Positions 9,791-19,985 are shown, numbered from the stretch's first letter. The stretch: DNA of 32,000 nt from Candidatus Saccharimonadota bacterium (GCA_045690015.1 CP145877.1:448827-480826); one strand, 5' to 3'. The notes: generated by a model from the letters alone, not told the origin. Made by a program: numbers and translations.

Positions 9791-10747
9791 TTATTTTAAA
9801 TTTGCAAATTTTGCTTGTAAATCTGCATGATAAGAAGACCGTACTAATGGTCCACAAGCAGCATGTTCAAAACCCATTGCTATTGCTTCTTCTTTTAGCT
9901 GCAAAAACTCATCTGGTCTAACATAACGTTTTACAGGAAAATGGTGAGGACTTGGCTGCAGATATTGACCTATTGTTAACATGGTAACGCCATGAAGTCG
10001 TAAATCTTGCATAACTTGAATAATTTCATGATAGGTTTCACCTAATCCTACCATAATGCCAGATTTAGTTGGTATATTAGGATGATGTGTTTTAAATTTT
10101 TTTAATAATTTTAAAGAAAAAGTATAATTTCCTCCGGGACGGAGTTGACCATACATTTTTGGCACAGTTTCTATATTATGATTAAATATATCTGGCGGCA
10201 TATCACTTAGAATTTTCAAAGCATAATCTTGACATCCACGAAAATCTGGTACTAAGATTTCAATTTTAATTCCAGTAAGACTCTCTTTTATAGCACGTAT
10301 GCATTCAACAAAATGTTGAGCTCCACCATCATGTAAATCATCTCTATCAACAGAAGTAAGAACTACATAATCTAAATTCATATACTTAATAGTTGTGGCT
10401 AATTTTTTTGGTTCATATACATTCGGTGGTAATGGTCGACCATGACCTATATCGCAGAATGGGCAACGTCTAGTGCAAATATCTCCTAAAATGAGAAAAG
10501 TAATTTTGCCTTGATTAAAACATTCGGTAAGGTTAGGACAGGAAGCTTCTTCACAAACTGAATGCAAACCATTTTGACGCATTAGTGCTTTTATATTCAA
10601 TAAACGTTTAGAGTCAATTGGTAATGTGATTTTTAACCATTCAGGTTTAGCTTTATTAGAATATAATTTTTTATTAGTAGAATCTTCTGGTTGTAAGATC
10701 ACTTTTTCCGCATTACGATATTTGATACCGGATTTTTTTTCAATCAT
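9791..10747 (-). CDS. lipA: Lipoyl synthase (radical SAM)
   Basis: 318-aa ORF. It has both Fe-S cysteine clusters ([12 protein letters not shown] and CTRRCPFCD) and the C-terminal [11 protein letters not shown]. It is collinear with E. coli LipA (321 aa). Confidence 0.97.
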   Translation of the reverse strand: MIEKKSGIKYRNAEKVILQPEDSTNKKLYSNKAKPEWLKITLPIDSKRLLNIKALMRQNGLHSVCEEASCPNLTECFNQGKITFLILGDICTRRCPFCDIGHGRPLPPNVYEPKKLATTIKYMNLDYVVLTSVDRDDLHDGGAQHFVECIRAIKESLTGIKIEILVPDFRGCQDYALKILSDMPPDIFNHNIETVPKMYGQLRPGGNYTFSLKLLKKFKTHHPNIPTKSGIMVGLGETYHEIIQVMQDLRLHGVTMLTIGQYLQPSPHHFPVKRYVRPDEFLQLKEEAIAMGFEHAACGPLVRSSYHADLQAKFANLK

Positions 10748-10824
10748 TGCTTTATTAGTTTACTACTCATATCTTAAGTTAAAGTCATATTTTATCTCAA
10801 AATATATAGAAACCTTACAATATT

Positions 10825-11460
10825 TCAATGATTATTATAATGACAATGGGTGAGAAAATTTTTAATTAATATTGGATACACTTCTAACACCGTAATATCA
10901 TGTTTAAAATAACTTAATTGCGTCATTTTAAGATCCGGAAAACCACACGGATAGATAAGTCCAAAAGGTGATAAATCCATCTTAATATTCAGTGCCAAAC
11001 CATGCAGAGAACATCCATTATGAATGCGTAATCCAAGTGAGCATATTTTATTATTATCTATATAAACTCCTGGTGCATTAGGACGCACATAAGATTCAAT
11101 GTGAAAATGTTTTAACGTATCAATAACAGATTCCTGTATAACAGTCAGTAACTGTCGTACACTGATTTTTCTACGTTTTAAATCAATCATAATATACATG
11201 ATTAACTGACCAGGACCATGATATGTTATTTTACCGCCTCGATCCGTTTTTAATACAGGAATAGAAATATCATCAATAATAATGAAATTATTATGCTGTT
11301 TTCCAGCCTTTCCTTCAGTAAAAATTGGAAAATGTTCAACCAGCCATAACTCATCAGGTGTATTTGAATTACGTTTTTCATTAAAATGATGCATGGCATT
11401 GGAAACTAATATCCAATGTTGCAAACCTAAATAACGAATAATAAAATCTGCATACTGCAT
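10825..11460 (-). CDS. lipB: Octanoyltransferase (lipoate-protein ligase B)
   Basis: 211-aa ORF with the conserved blocks DELWLVEHFPIFT, DRGGKITYHGPGQ, KICSLGLRI and HGLALNIKMDLSPF, as in E. coli LipB (213 aa). Confidence 0.95.
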   Translation of the reverse strand: MQYADFIIRYLGLQHWILVSNAMHHFNEKRNSNTPDELWLVEHFPIFTEGKAGKQHNNFIIIDDISIPVLKTDRGGKITYHGPGQLIMYIMIDLKRRKISVRQLLTVIQESVIDTLKHFHIESYVRPNAPGVYIDNNKICSLGLRIHNGCSLHGLALNIKMDLSPFGLIYPCGFPDLKMTQLSYFKHDITVLEVYPILIKNFLTHCHYNNH

Positions 11461-11495
11461 TGCTTACCTTGGTTGCTTTGCTTGCATTAAATTAA

Positions 11496-12548
11496 TTAAT
11501 ACATACATAAGTCTACATTTTCAATATTTGTATTATTACTTAATAATAACGATAAGTTTTCTAATCTAATCCATAATAATGAGATATCTTCATAAGATTG
11601 TTTTAGCGATACTTCAATATCTACCAATAAGCAAAGAGATTTTTGAATTTGGTCTCTATTTAATCTCTGTAATGCTTGCTTAAATAACAGCTGACGTCTA
11701 TATATAATTCTGTACTGATGAAATAGGATTTTTAGCGGTGTTGTACTTATTTGTATGTGTAATAAAAGTAGCGTCATTAAATAACGTTGCAAAACATAAC
11801 ACAATGAAGAAATTTCACTTCCTTGTTTACGTAATTGATCGAGAATATGAAAAGCACGATTAGAGTCTCCTTTTAATACAGCCTCCACCCAGTGAACACT
11901 ATCAAAATAAGCCATATCATTTACAAGATTCTCGATTCGTGAAAGTGTTACTATACCATCTGGTAAAAGCACATCTAATAGTTCTAGAATTTGAACCAAG
12001 GCTAATAAATTTCTTTCATAGTTATAACATATCCAATTTAGAGCATTTTTGTGTATTTTTAAGCCCATTTTTTCTGCTCTTCTACAGATCCATTTTGGTA
12101 ATTGATATGTTTCAGGTGTACTGCAATCAACAACTACACTGGATTGGAATAAATCCAACCAAGAACGTTTTTCTAATTGGTTTTCATCATAAGGAATTAT
12201 AATTATTAGTATTATATTAAGATGTAAGTGCAACAATTTTATTAGAGAAAAGAATTTTTCTTTCCATAAGGGAGAAAATTGTCTATTAGATAAGATTATT
12301 CTTAAAATACGTCTGGTACCAAATAAGCTTTGCTTCTTAAAATTATTGATGATCTCATTCCAATCATTTTTTAGGTTGAAAATTACATTCAAGTATTCAT
12401 AAAAACCTAATTTACTAGCATGTTTCCGTATAATTTCTTCGCTTTCCTTTAAGAGCAAAGGATCTTTTCCAGCTAAAATATAGCACCTATAACGAAATTT
12501 ATTGTTATCCAGATAGAATTCAAGTTGTTCCGAATAAACTCTTATCAT
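11496..12548 (-). CDS. holA: DNA polymerase III delta subunit
   Basis: 350-aa ORF. MIRVYSEQL...AGKDPLLLKESEE, NLLALVQILELL, LLPDGIVTL and DSVHWVEAVLKG parallel E. coli HolA (MIRLYPEQL..GNDPLLLQESQD.., 343 aa). It lies next to leuS as in E. coli. Confidence 0.9.
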   Translation of the reverse strand: MIRVYSEQLEFYLDNNKFRYRCYILAGKDPLLLKESEEIIRKHASKLGFYEYLNVIFNLKNDWNEIINNFKKQSLFGTRRILRIILSNRQFSPLWKEKFFSLIKLLHLHLNIILIIIIPYDENQLEKRSWLDLFQSSVVVDCSTPETYQLPKWICRRAEKMGLKIHKNALNWICYNYERNLLALVQILELLDVLLPDGIVTLSRIENLVNDMAYFDSVHWVEAVLKGDSNRAFHILDQLRKQGSEISSLCYVLQRYLMTLLLLHIQISTTPLKILFHQYRIIYRRQLLFKQALQRLNRDQIQKSLCLLVDIEVSLKQSYEDISLLWIRLENLSLLLSNNTNIENVDLCMY

Positions 12549-12583
12549 TTTTTTCTAATGTAACATTAAAAAATAGAATTTAA

Positions 12584-15172
12584 TTACCTTACTATTAAGT
12601 TTATTAACTTATCTGCCACATAAATAGTCCGATGTAAACTTAATCCTTTCATATATTTAGATACTACTTTATCCTCCATAGCTATTTGCTGTATTTGTTC
12701 CTGGGTTGCCTTTGTCGATACTAAGATCTTAGTACGTACTCTGCCATTGATTTGGACTATAATCCAGTTGTCTTTTTTTATTAATGCTTCTTTATCTACT
12801 TGTGGCCATTTTGCATTATCAATACTTGCAGATTTTCCATGTATTGCCTGCCACATAACAAAACAAATATGTGGTGTAAAAGGATATAACATTAAAACAA
12901 TAGCTATTATTGCTTCGTGTAAAATAGATCTATCTAGCGAGCTATTTTTATTTGCTCGACCTAGCTTGTTTGTTAATTCCATAATAGCAGCAATAGCTGT
13001 ATTGAAAGTTTGTCGATCATCAATATCATCAGTGACTTTGCTAATAGTTTTATGTAGTTCATAACGTAACGATTTTTGTTGTTCATCTAATTGTGTGTGA
13101 TCAACAATAGGAGAAGTTGGTCCTTTTTTAATATGATTATATACTAAAGTCCAAAGACGTTTCAAAAAACGGTAGCATCCTTCTACACCTGATTCCGTCC
13201 AATAAAGTGGGATTTCTGCGGGCGCAACAAACATTAAAAATAAACGTACAGTATCTGCACCATATCGTTCAATCATTTGAATTGGATCAATACCATTATT
13301 CTTTGATTTCGACATTTTGCTAACGCCCGCATAAACTAATTCTCGTCCCATATTATCTATAGCTTTGATAATTTTACCGGTTTTATCACGTGTTATAGTG
13401 ACATTCGCAGGAGAAATCCATTGACGTTCTCCATTTTTTTCCCTTAAATAAAAAGCATCTGCTAGTACCATTCCTTGGCATAATAAACGTTGCGCGGGTT
13501 CATCACTCTTAACCAAACCAGCATCACGAAGTAATTTATGATAGAAACGAAAATACATTAAATGCATAATAGCGTGCTCAATTCCACCTATATACTGATC
13601 TATCGGTAACCAGTAGTTTGCTGCTGATGGATCTAACATTCCTTGAGAATAGTGAGGACAGGTATAGCGGGCATAATACCAAGAAGATTCCATAAAAGTA
13701 TCAAAAGTATCTGTTTCTCTCTGTGCAGGTTCCCCTCTAATCATTAGATTTATCCATTTTCTGTCAGTTTTTAGTGGACTAGTTACACCATCCATAACTC
13801 GATCTTCTGGGAGAACTACGGGTAGATCTTCTTCTGCTACGGGAAAATATTGCGTATTCTTTATAATCATAGGAATAGGAGCCCCCCAATAACGCTGACG
13901 AGAAACTCCCCAATCACGCAGACGATAGTTGACTTTACGTTTCCCTATACCTTTATCTATAATATGTTTAATAATTTCATCGCACGTTACTTCATGAGAC
14001 ATACCATTTTTTGAGTTAAACTCGGTTCTTATTTTTGTCTTTGTCGTAGCTTGATCTTGCGAGGTAACATTCTGATTGATTAGAGAATCATTCTCAGGTA
14101 TTACTATTTTGATTGGTAAATTATATTTAGTAGCCAACTTCAAATCGGGTTGATCATACGTTATCATAATACTACCAGTACCATATTCAAAATTTATAAA
14201 ATTAACTATTAAAATGGGTAATAGTTCATTACTAATAGGATGAATAGCAAATAATCCTGTAGCCATACCTACTTTTTCTATAGTTGCGATTTCTGCTTCC
14301 GAAACTTGAATATTACGATATTTATTAATAAAACTTTCCAATGTTCTGTTAGATGTTGCTGCTGTAAGAGCAAGAGGATGATTTAGAGCAATAGCAATAC
14401 AAATCACATCCATAATAGTATTTGGTCTTGTAGTATATAGGGTTATTTTTTCTTCTAATCCAATAACAGAAAACGTTATTTCTATTCCTTCTGAACGTCC
14501 AATCCAATTACGTTGCATAGTTTTAACTTTTTTAGGCCAATATTTAAGTTCTTTTAATCCATTAAGGAGCTCATCTGCATATGCAGTTATTCTGATAAAC
14601 CATTGAGAAATTTTTCTAGTTTCTAATTTTGTATCACAACGCCAACAACAGCCATTTACTACTTGCTCATTTGCTAATACCGTTTGATCTTTGGGACACC
14701 AATTCACCATTAAAGAATTTCGATATACTAATCCTTTTTTATATAATTGAATGAAAAACCATTGTTCCCAACGATAATATTCCGGATGACATGTTATTAA
14801 TTCTCTGCTCCAATCATAGCTAAATCCTAGTAATTGAAGCTGTTTTTTCATATAATGAATATTGCTATAGGTCCAATATGCCGGAGCTGTTTTATTTTTT
14901 ATAGCAGCATTTTCTGCTGGTAACCCAAATGCATCCCAACCAATAGGATATAGTACATTTTTTCCTAGCATTCGCTGATATCTAGCAATAACATCACCAA
15001 TGGTATAATTACGAACATGACCCATATGTAAACTGCCCGATGGATATGGTAGCATAGATAAACAATAGTATTTTTCTTTATCTTCTACTTCGGTTGCATA
15101 AAAACTTTTATTTATTTTCCAATAAGATTGAACATATGGTTCTATTTCTTGTGGTCGATATTGATCTTGCAT
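12584..15172 (-). CDS. leuS: Leucyl-tRNA synthetase
   Basis: 862-aa ORF. It has the class I HIGH-type motif ([15 protein letters not shown]) and the KMSKS motif ([11 protein letters not shown]). It is collinear with E. coli LeuS (860 aa). Confidence 0.97.
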   Translation of the reverse strand: MQDQYRPQEIEPYVQSYWKINKSFYATEVEDKEKYYCLSMLPYPSGSLHMGHVRNYTIGDVIARYQRMLGKNVLYPIGWDAFGLPAENAAIKNKTAPAYWTYSNIHYMKKQLQLLGFSYDWSRELITCHPEYYRWEQWFFIQLYKKGLVYRNSLMVNWCPKDQTVLANEQVVNGCCWRCDTKLETRKISQWFIRITAYADELLNGLKELKYWPKKVKTMQRNWIGRSEGIEITFSVIGLEEKITLYTTRPNTIMDVICIAIALNHPLALTAATSNRTLESFINKYRNIQVSEAEIATIEKVGMATGLFAIHPISNELLPILIVNFINFEYGTGSIMITYDQPDLKLATKYNLPIKIVIPENDSLINQNVTSQDQATTKTKIRTEFNSKNGMSHEVTCDEIIKHIIDKGIGKRKVNYRLRDWGVSRQRYWGAPIPMIIKNTQYFPVAEEDLPVVLPEDRVMDGVTSPLKTDRKWINLMIRGEPAQRETDTFDTFMESSWYYARYTCPHYSQGMLDPSAANYWLPIDQYIGGIEHAIMHLMYFRFYHKLLRDAGLVKSDEPAQRLLCQGMVLADAFYLREKNGERQWISPANVTITRDKTGKIIKAIDNMGRELVYAGVSKMSKSKNNGIDPIQMIERYGADTVRLFLMFVAPAEIPLYWTESGVEGCYRFLKRLWTLVYNHIKKGPTSPIVDHTQLDEQQKSLRYELHKTISKVTDDIDDRQTFNTAIAAIMELTNKLGRANKNSSLDRSILHEAIIAIVLMLYPFTPHICFVMWQAIHGKSASIDNAKWPQVDKEALIKKDNWIIVQINGRVRTKILVSTKATQEQIQQIAMEDKVVSKYMKGLSLHRTIYVADKLINLIVR

Positions 15173-15248
15173 AATTGTAATCTTTATCTAAATTTCTTCA
15201 TGTGACAACTAAATCAACATTTTTTCTTTAGGAACTAAATCAAATCAG

Positions 15249-15701
15249 TTATACATATGGATCTAAATATCCTAAAGTCAACATTATCTGAGTTTCTATT
15301 GATTCCATGTTTTTTGCATCATTATCGCAATGATGATTATATCCTAACAAATGTAAACTACCGTGAATAACTAGATGAGCCCAATGTGATATAAGGTTTT
15401 TTTGTTGTTGTCGTGCTTCCTCTTCTACAAGAGTACTACAGATTACCAGATCTCCCAGTAAATACTCTGTAATTGTCTTATTAAAACCGAAAGATAATAT
15501 ATTCGTAGGTTGATTATTATTTCGATAACGATAATTTAAGATCTGACTCTCAATTTTATCTACTAAACGAATTGTAATCTCCTTTTTACCAGGAGATACA
15601 GATAAAACCACTTTTAACCATTTATGGAAATCAGATTTTTTGGGTAGAAAAACCCTTTTTTTTCTACAAGCTATTTGTAGATTAAGATTTATTAGGCTCA
15701 T
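15249..15701 (-). CDS. ybeY: Endoribonuclease YbeY (rRNA maturation factor)
   Basis: 150-aa ORF with the metal-binding H-x3-H-x5-H motif (HLVIHGSLHLLGYNH) and LGDLVIC, as in E. coli YbeY. Confidence 0.93.
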   Translation of the reverse strand: MSLINLNLQIACRKKRVFLPKKSDFHKWLKVVLSVSPGKKEITIRLVDKIESQILNYRYRNNNQPTNILSFGFNKTITEYLLGDLVICSTLVEEEARQQQKNLISHWAHLVIHGSLHLLGYNHHCDNDAKNMESIETQIMLTLGYLDPYV

Positions 15702-15734
15702 CCAATATATTTTGTAATTCTATTCTACGATGGA

Positions 15735-17081
15735 CTATTTTTTTTCACGAGATATCATATAGCCCCTTAGAGAATTGGGACAAACTTCACTAATTTTTAC
15801 ATTAACAAATTTTCCAATGAGTTCTGGAGGACCATTAAAATTAACTACACGATTATTTGCTGTTCTACCTGATATTTCTAAAATATTTTTACGTGAAAAT
15901 CCATCTACGAGAATTGGTTGTATAGTACCTAGCATGCGGCGACTCCAAGACATTGATTGCTGATTAAGAAGTGCTTGTAATAAATATAATCTCTGTTTTT
16001 TTTCTTCTTCCGGAGTATTATCATTCATAGCAAGAGCTGCAGCCGGAGTTCCAGATCGCGGAGAATAAATAAAACTGAAACTCATATCGAAATCAATATC
16101 TCTTATGAGTTGCAGAGTACACTCGAAATCTTCCGGAGTTTCCCCAGGGAAACCAACAATAAAATCTGAACTAATATTAATATCAGGACGTGCCAACCGT
16201 AATTTACCAATAATCTTTTTATATTGTAAGGATGTATATCCTCTCCTCATTAACTTGAGTATGCGATTCGAGCCACTTTGTACTGGCAAATGCAAAAAAC
16301 TTACGAGTTTTGGTAGATAACTATAAGCTTCAATAATATCATCCGTAAAATGTCTCGGGTGGCTAGTAGTAAATCGGATCCTATCTATTCCATCAATAGA
16401 TGATACCAGTCGTAATAGATCAGAAAAAGAGCAGGGTTGATTTTTCCATACACCACGATAGGCATTAACATTTTGTCCTAACAAATTGACTTCTCGCACT
16501 CCTTGTCTTGCTAGATGAAATATTTCTAATAGAATATCGTTACATGAACGACTTATTTCTTTACCACGTGTATAGGGTACAACACAGAAAGAACAAAATT
16601 TATTACATCCTTCCATAATAGAAATAACTGCAGTCGGACCTTGATTAGTTGTAATTCTGTGATTAGATAAATAATCAAATTTATCATCCGGAAAAGCTAC
16701 ATCTATAATATGATTATGTGAATTAATGACAGTATTAATCATCTGTGGTAAATGATGTATCGTTTGTGGTCCAAAGACCATATCAACATAACTAGCACGA
16801 TGAAGAATTTGTTTTCCTTCCTTTGCAGCCACACAACCCCCAACTCCGATAATGATTTGCGGATTTTTTTTTTTTAATGCTTTCCATCGTCCTAGTTGAT
16901 GGAACACTTTTTCTTGGGCTTTTTCACGTATAGAACAAGTATTCAATAATAAAAGATCTGCTTCTTCAGGGAGAAGAGTAAGTGAATAACCATGCGTATT
17001 CTTAAGTAAAGTTGCAATTTTAGATGAATCATATTCATTCATCTGACAGCCCCAAGTTTTAATATACAATTTTTTTATCAT
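15735..17081 (-). CDS. miaB: tRNA-2-methylthio-N6-dimethylallyladenosine synthase (radical SAM methylthiotransferase)
   Basis: 448-aa ORF with the N-terminal UPF0004 motif ([12 protein letters not shown]), the radical [18 protein letters not shown] and the TRAM-domain end. It is about 26 aa shorter at the C-terminus than E. coli MiaB (474 aa). Confidence 0.96.
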   Translation of the reverse strand: MIKKLYIKTWGCQMNEYDSSKIATLLKNTHGYSLTLLPEEADLLLLNTCSIREKAQEKVFHQLGRWKALKKKNPQIIIGVGGCVAAKEGKQILHRASYVDMVFGPQTIHHLPQMINTVINSHNHIIDVAFPDDKFDYLSNHRITTNQGPTAVISIMEGCNKFCSFCVVPYTRGKEISRSCNDILLEIFHLARQGVREVNLLGQNVNAYRGVWKNQPCSFSDLLRLVSSIDGIDRIRFTTSHPRHFTDDIIEAYSYLPKLVSFLHLPVQSGSNRILKLMRRGYTSLQYKKIIGKLRLARPDINISSDFIVGFPGETPEDFECTLQLIRDIDFDMSFSFIYSPRSGTPAAALAMNDNTPEEEKKQRLYLLQALLNQQSMSWSRRMLGTIQPILVDGFSRKNILEISGRTANNRVVNFNGPPELIGKFVNVKISEVCPNSLRGYMISREKK

Positions 17082-17132
17082 GAATAGTATAGTACTAAAT
17101 GTTGTAAAAATAACGATAATGAATCTATTGGC

Positions 17133-17204
17133 CTGGGATACTAGGATTCGAACCTAGGAATGGCGGAATCAGAATCCGCTGCCTTACCACTTGGCTATAT
17201 CCCA
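17133..17204 (-). tRNA. glnV: tRNA-Gln (anticodon CUG); CCA not encoded
   Basis: The reverse complement TGGGATATAGCCAAGTGGTAAGGCAGCGGATTCTGATTCCGCCATTCCTAGGTTCGAATCCTAGTATCCCAG folds as a cloverleaf. It has a 7-bp acceptor stem, the anticodon loop TTCTGAT and a GTTCGAATC T-loop. It closely resembles E. coli tRNA-Gln2. The discriminator G is followed by GCC, not CCA. Confidence 0.92.
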
Positions 17205-17226
17205 TTTATTTATTATTTTGTTTGGA

Positions 17227-17298
17227 CTGGGGTACCAGGATTCGAACCTGGGAATGCCGGGATCAAAACCCGGTGCCTTACCGCTTGGCTATACCCCA
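17227..17298 (-). tRNA. glnU: tRNA-Gln (anticodon UUG); CCA not encoded
   Basis: The reverse complement is TGGGGTATAGCCAAGCGGTAAGGCACCGGGTTTTGATCCCGGCATTCCCAGGTTCGAATCCTGGTACCCCAG. The anticodon loop is TTTTGAT. The 3' flank is TCC rather than CCA. Confidence 0.92.
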
Positions 17299-17360
17299 TC
17301 TCCTTTTTCTTTACTTTAGTACAGACTACACTTCCTGTAAAGTCCTAACTTGTTTGGTGC

Positions 17361-17448
17361 TGGTGCGGAAGGCGAGATTCGAACTCGCATACTTTAAAAG
17401 GGTGCCAGACCCTAAATCTGGTGCGTCTACCAATTCCGCCACTTCCGC
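17361..17448 (-). tRNA. leuW: tRNA-Leu (anticodon UAG), type II with long variable arm; CCA encoded
   Basis: The reverse complement is GCGGAAGTGGCGGAATTGGTAGACGCACCAGATTTAGGGTCTGGCACCCTTTTAAAGTATGCGAGTTCGAATCTCGCCTTCCGCACCA. The anticodon loop is TTTAGGG. The acceptor, D, anticodon and T stems all pair. The 16-nt variable region is AT-rich and pairs poorly. Confidence 0.9.
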
Positions 17449-17480
17449 AAAGTCAACTAAAATCTATCTAAATAAATTAG

Positions 17481-17554
17481 TGGCTACGACGGGAATTGAA
17501 CCTGTGACCCCAGCGTTATGAGTGCTGTGCTCTAACCAACTGAGCTACGTAGCC
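17481..17554 (-). tRNA. metT: Elongator tRNA-Met (anticodon CAU); CCA not encoded
   Basis: The reverse complement GGCTACGTAGCTCAGTTGGTTAGAGCACAGCACTCATAACGCTGGGGTCACAGGTTCAATTCCCGTCGTAGCCA is near-identical to E. coli metT as I recall it. The 3' flank is CTA. The anticodon stem has an A31-C39 mismatch. Confidence 0.9.
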
Positions 17555-17585
17555 AATATTTTATTTCTTATTATATTTAATTTTT

Positions 17586-17594
17586 TGATATAAT
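17586..17594 (+). promoter_or_regulatory. Candidate extended -10 (TGaTATAAT) for glnS
   Basis: TG-n-TATAAT lies at 17586-17594, about 93 nt upstream of the glnS ATG, in the divergent glnS / tRNA-operon spacer. This is motif-only evidence. Confidence 0.2.
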
Positions 17595-17600
17595 GCATTT

Positions 17601-17630
17601 ATTATGCGCAACTAATCATATTAGCGTCAA
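17601..17630 (-). promoter_or_regulatory. Candidate sigma70 promoter of the tRNA operon (TTGACG-18 nt-CATAAT)
   Basis: On the minus strand, TTGACG (complement of 17625-17630) and CATAAT (complement of 17601-17606) are separated by 18 nt, about 46 nt upstream of the tRNA-Met 5' end. This is motif-only evidence in AT-rich DNA. Confidence 0.3.
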
Positions 17631-17686
17631 TAAATTTTTACTAATATTTTTAGTTTATTGTTCTTGTATATTTGGTGATTTATATA

Positions 17687-19366
17687 ATGAAGAAAAGAAC
17701 ATTTACTACTAACTTTATTAGGCAAATAGTTAACCAAGACTTAGCAAATGGTAAATATAAAACTGTACGTACCCGATTTCCACCTGAACCTAATGGTTAT
17801 TTACATATTGGACATGCTAAAGCAATCTGCCTTAATTTTGAATTAGCAAGAGATTATCAAGGAGAATGCAATCTGCGTTTTGATGACACTAATCCAGTAA
17901 AAGAGAATCAAGAATATGTAGAATCTATTAAAAGTGATGTACACTGGCTTGGTTATCAGTGGAGTGGAGAAGTACGTTTTTCATCCAACTATTTTGAGCA
18001 GTTATATAATTATGCAATTGAACTAATACATACCGGATTAGCTTATGTTGATGAATTAACTTATACCCAGATTCGTGAATATAGAGGTACTTTGAATCTA
18101 CCTGGAAAAGAGAGTCCTTATCGGAATCGTAGTATAAAATGTAACCTGCAACTATTTGAAAAAATGCGTCAGGGGGAATTTGCAGAAGGAGCTGCATGTC
18201 TGCGTGCCAAAATTGATATGAATTCCAACTTTCTCATCATGCGTGATCCAGTATTATATAGAATAAAATTTACTCCTCATCATCAAACCGGTAAAACATG
18301 GTGTATTTATCCTACTTATGATTTTAGTCATTGTATTTCAGATGCTATTGAGGGAATTACACACTCTTTATGTACACTTGAATTTCAAGATAATAGAAGG
18401 TTATATGATTGGATATTAAATCATCTTAACATTAATTGTATTTCAAGACCAAAACAATATGAATTTTCTAGATTAAATTTAGAAGGTGCTGTGATTTCAA
18501 AACGTAAGATGAAGAGTTTGGTATTAAAAAAAATTGTTGAAGGCTGGGATGATCCTCGATTATTAACCATTTCGGGATTGCGTCGTAGGGGTTATACGCC
18601 ATCTTCAATTATAGAATTTTGTCGTCGTATTGGTGTAACTAAACAGGAGAGTTTAGTGGAAATGGCTTTATTAGAAGCATGTATACGTGAAGATTTAAAT
18701 AAAAATGTCCCTCGGACTATGGCAGTTTTGAGACCATTAAAAATAGTATTAGAGAATCTTCCTTTCGATTATACAGAAATGCTGACCATGAAAAAACATC
18801 CAACTCAGCCTGAAATGGGTTACAGAACCGTATATTTTAGTAGTGAAATATATATAGATCGGAATGATTTTTGCGAAGTAATAACTAATCCTAAATTTAA
18901 AAGGTTAACTCTAGGAGGCAAAGTACGCTTGAGAAATGCCTATGTAATAAAAGCTAAACGGATTATTAAAGATCAATATAATAATATTGTTTGTGTTTAC
19001 TGTAGTTGTGAGAAGAAGAAGCATCAACCATCTACGTTTTCTGACAGTAGTAACCAACCACTTGGAATTATTCATTGGGTTTCTGCTTTACATTGTTTAC
19101 CAGCAGAGTTTCGTCTTTATGATCGATTATTTAATATCCGTAATCCCGATGCCACTGATGATTTTTTATCAAAAATTAATCCTACTTCTCTAACTATTTG
19201 TCATGGTTTTATCGAATCCGGCATAGTGAATGAAAGAATTTATAGTCATTATCAATTTGAACGGGAAGGATATTTTTGCATTGATAGCCATGATTTTTCA
19301 ACCAATAATAGGGTATTTAATCTTATTGTTAAGTTAAAAGATACTTGGAGAAGAAAAGGAGTTTAA
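17687..19366 (+). CDS. glnS: Glutaminyl-tRNA synthetase
   Basis: The track ORF starts at a TTG at 17672. The ATG at 17687 ([15 protein letters not shown]..) matches the E. coli N-terminus (..PTNFIRQII..). It carries the class I motifs [13 protein letters not shown] and VISKRK (MSK-type), and the conserved FEREGYFC. Confidence 0.96.
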   Translation: MKKRTFTTNFIRQIVNQDLANGKYKTVRTRFPPEPNGYLHIGHAKAICLNFELARDYQGECNLRFDDTNPVKENQEYVESIKSDVHWLGYQWSGEVRFSSNYFEQLYNYAIELIHTGLAYVDELTYTQIREYRGTLNLPGKESPYRNRSIKCNLQLFEKMRQGEFAEGAACLRAKIDMNSNFLIMRDPVLYRIKFTPHHQTGKTWCIYPTYDFSHCISDAIEGITHSLCTLEFQDNRRLYDWILNHLNINCISRPKQYEFSRLNLEGAVISKRKMKSLVLKKIVEGWDDPRLLTISGLRRRGYTPSSIIEFCRRIGVTKQESLVEMALLEACIREDLNKNVPRTMAVLRPLKIVLENLPFDYTEMLTMKKHPTQPEMGYRTVYFSSEIYIDRNDFCEVITNPKFKRLTLGGKVRLRNAYVIKAKRIIKDQYNNIVCVYCSCEKKKHQPSTFSDSSNQPLGIIHWVSALHCLPAEFRLYDRLFNIRNPDATDDFLSKINPTSLTICHGFIESGIVNERIYSHYQFEREGYFCIDSHDFSTNNRVFNLIVKLKDTWRRKGV

Positions 19367-19385
19367 ATGATTGTGATCAAAAGAA

Positions 19386-19913
19386 CTATTTTAAATTTAG
19401 TTCTTTAGAGATTTGGAGAATCCATTTTTCCACTCGCTCATTAGTTAATTCTGGCTGACGATCTTCATCAATAGCAAGACCAACAAAATACTGATTATTG
19501 ATTAAGCTTTTAGATGATTGAAAATTATATCCTACAGTTGGCCATCGTCCTACCAGTTTTGCTCCATTCATTTTTACGATATCTTTCAATGTTCCCATCG
19601 CATCACAGAAGTATTCTGTATAATCTTCCTGATCTCCACAACCAAATATCGCAACGTATTTATTATCAAAATTAATGGTTTTTAATGTAGGAAAAAAATC
19701 ATCCCAATCACATTGAGCTTCACCATAATACCAAGTTGGTATACCTAAGAATAATACTTCGAATGTTTCCAGATCTTCCTTACTGCTGTTAGCAATATCG
19801 TGAATTTTAGCTCGATCTTTACCACCTAGCTGTTTTTGAATCATTTGTGCTATTTTTTCGGTATTACCAGTATCAGTCCCAAAAAAAATTCCAATTGGTG
19901 TATTTTTTTGCAT
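19386..19913 (-). CDS. fldA: Flavodoxin 1
   Basis: 175-aa ORF with [45 protein letters not shown] and [13 protein letters not shown], essentially collinear with E. coli FldA (176 aa). Confidence 0.96.
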   Translation of the reverse strand: MQKNTPIGIFFGTDTGNTEKIAQMIQKQLGGKDRAKIHDIANSSKEDLETFEVLFLGIPTWYYGEAQCDWDDFFPTLKTINFDNKYVAIFGCGDQEDYTEYFCDAMGTLKDIVKMNGAKLVGRWPTVGYNFQSSKSLINNQYFVGLAIDEDRQPELTNERVEKWILQISKELNLK

Positions 19914-19985
19914 ATGTTAATTTCCTAAAAAAATTATTGATTTTTATTTCCATTTTAACAAATATAAACACCTAACCTATTATTA

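Noticed and set aside
17160-17521. Track ORFs 17160..17348 (62 aa) and 17222..17521 (99 aa) lie on the plus strand.
   Set aside because: They run antisense through the four tRNA genes. The relatively GC-rich, stop-poor tRNA sequence creates these open frames, and they have no SD and no protein-like features.
17583-17612. A dif-like sequence lies in the glnS / tRNA-operon spacer. TTATGCGCAAC (17602-17612) matches the XerC arm of E. coli dif (reverse complement TTATGCGCACC) at 10 of 11 positions. An AT-rich stretch 8 nt away matches the XerD arm at 8 of 11.
   Set aside because: The spacing is 8 nt rather than 6. The XerD-arm match is the kind expected by chance in AT-rich DNA. The location is not terminus-like in the E. 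coli map. One 10/11 half-site in 64 kb of two-strand sequence is near chance expectation. The GCGC core also overlaps the candidate tRNA-operon promoter spacer. It would only be worth revisiting if xerC/xerD exist and GC skew switches sign here.
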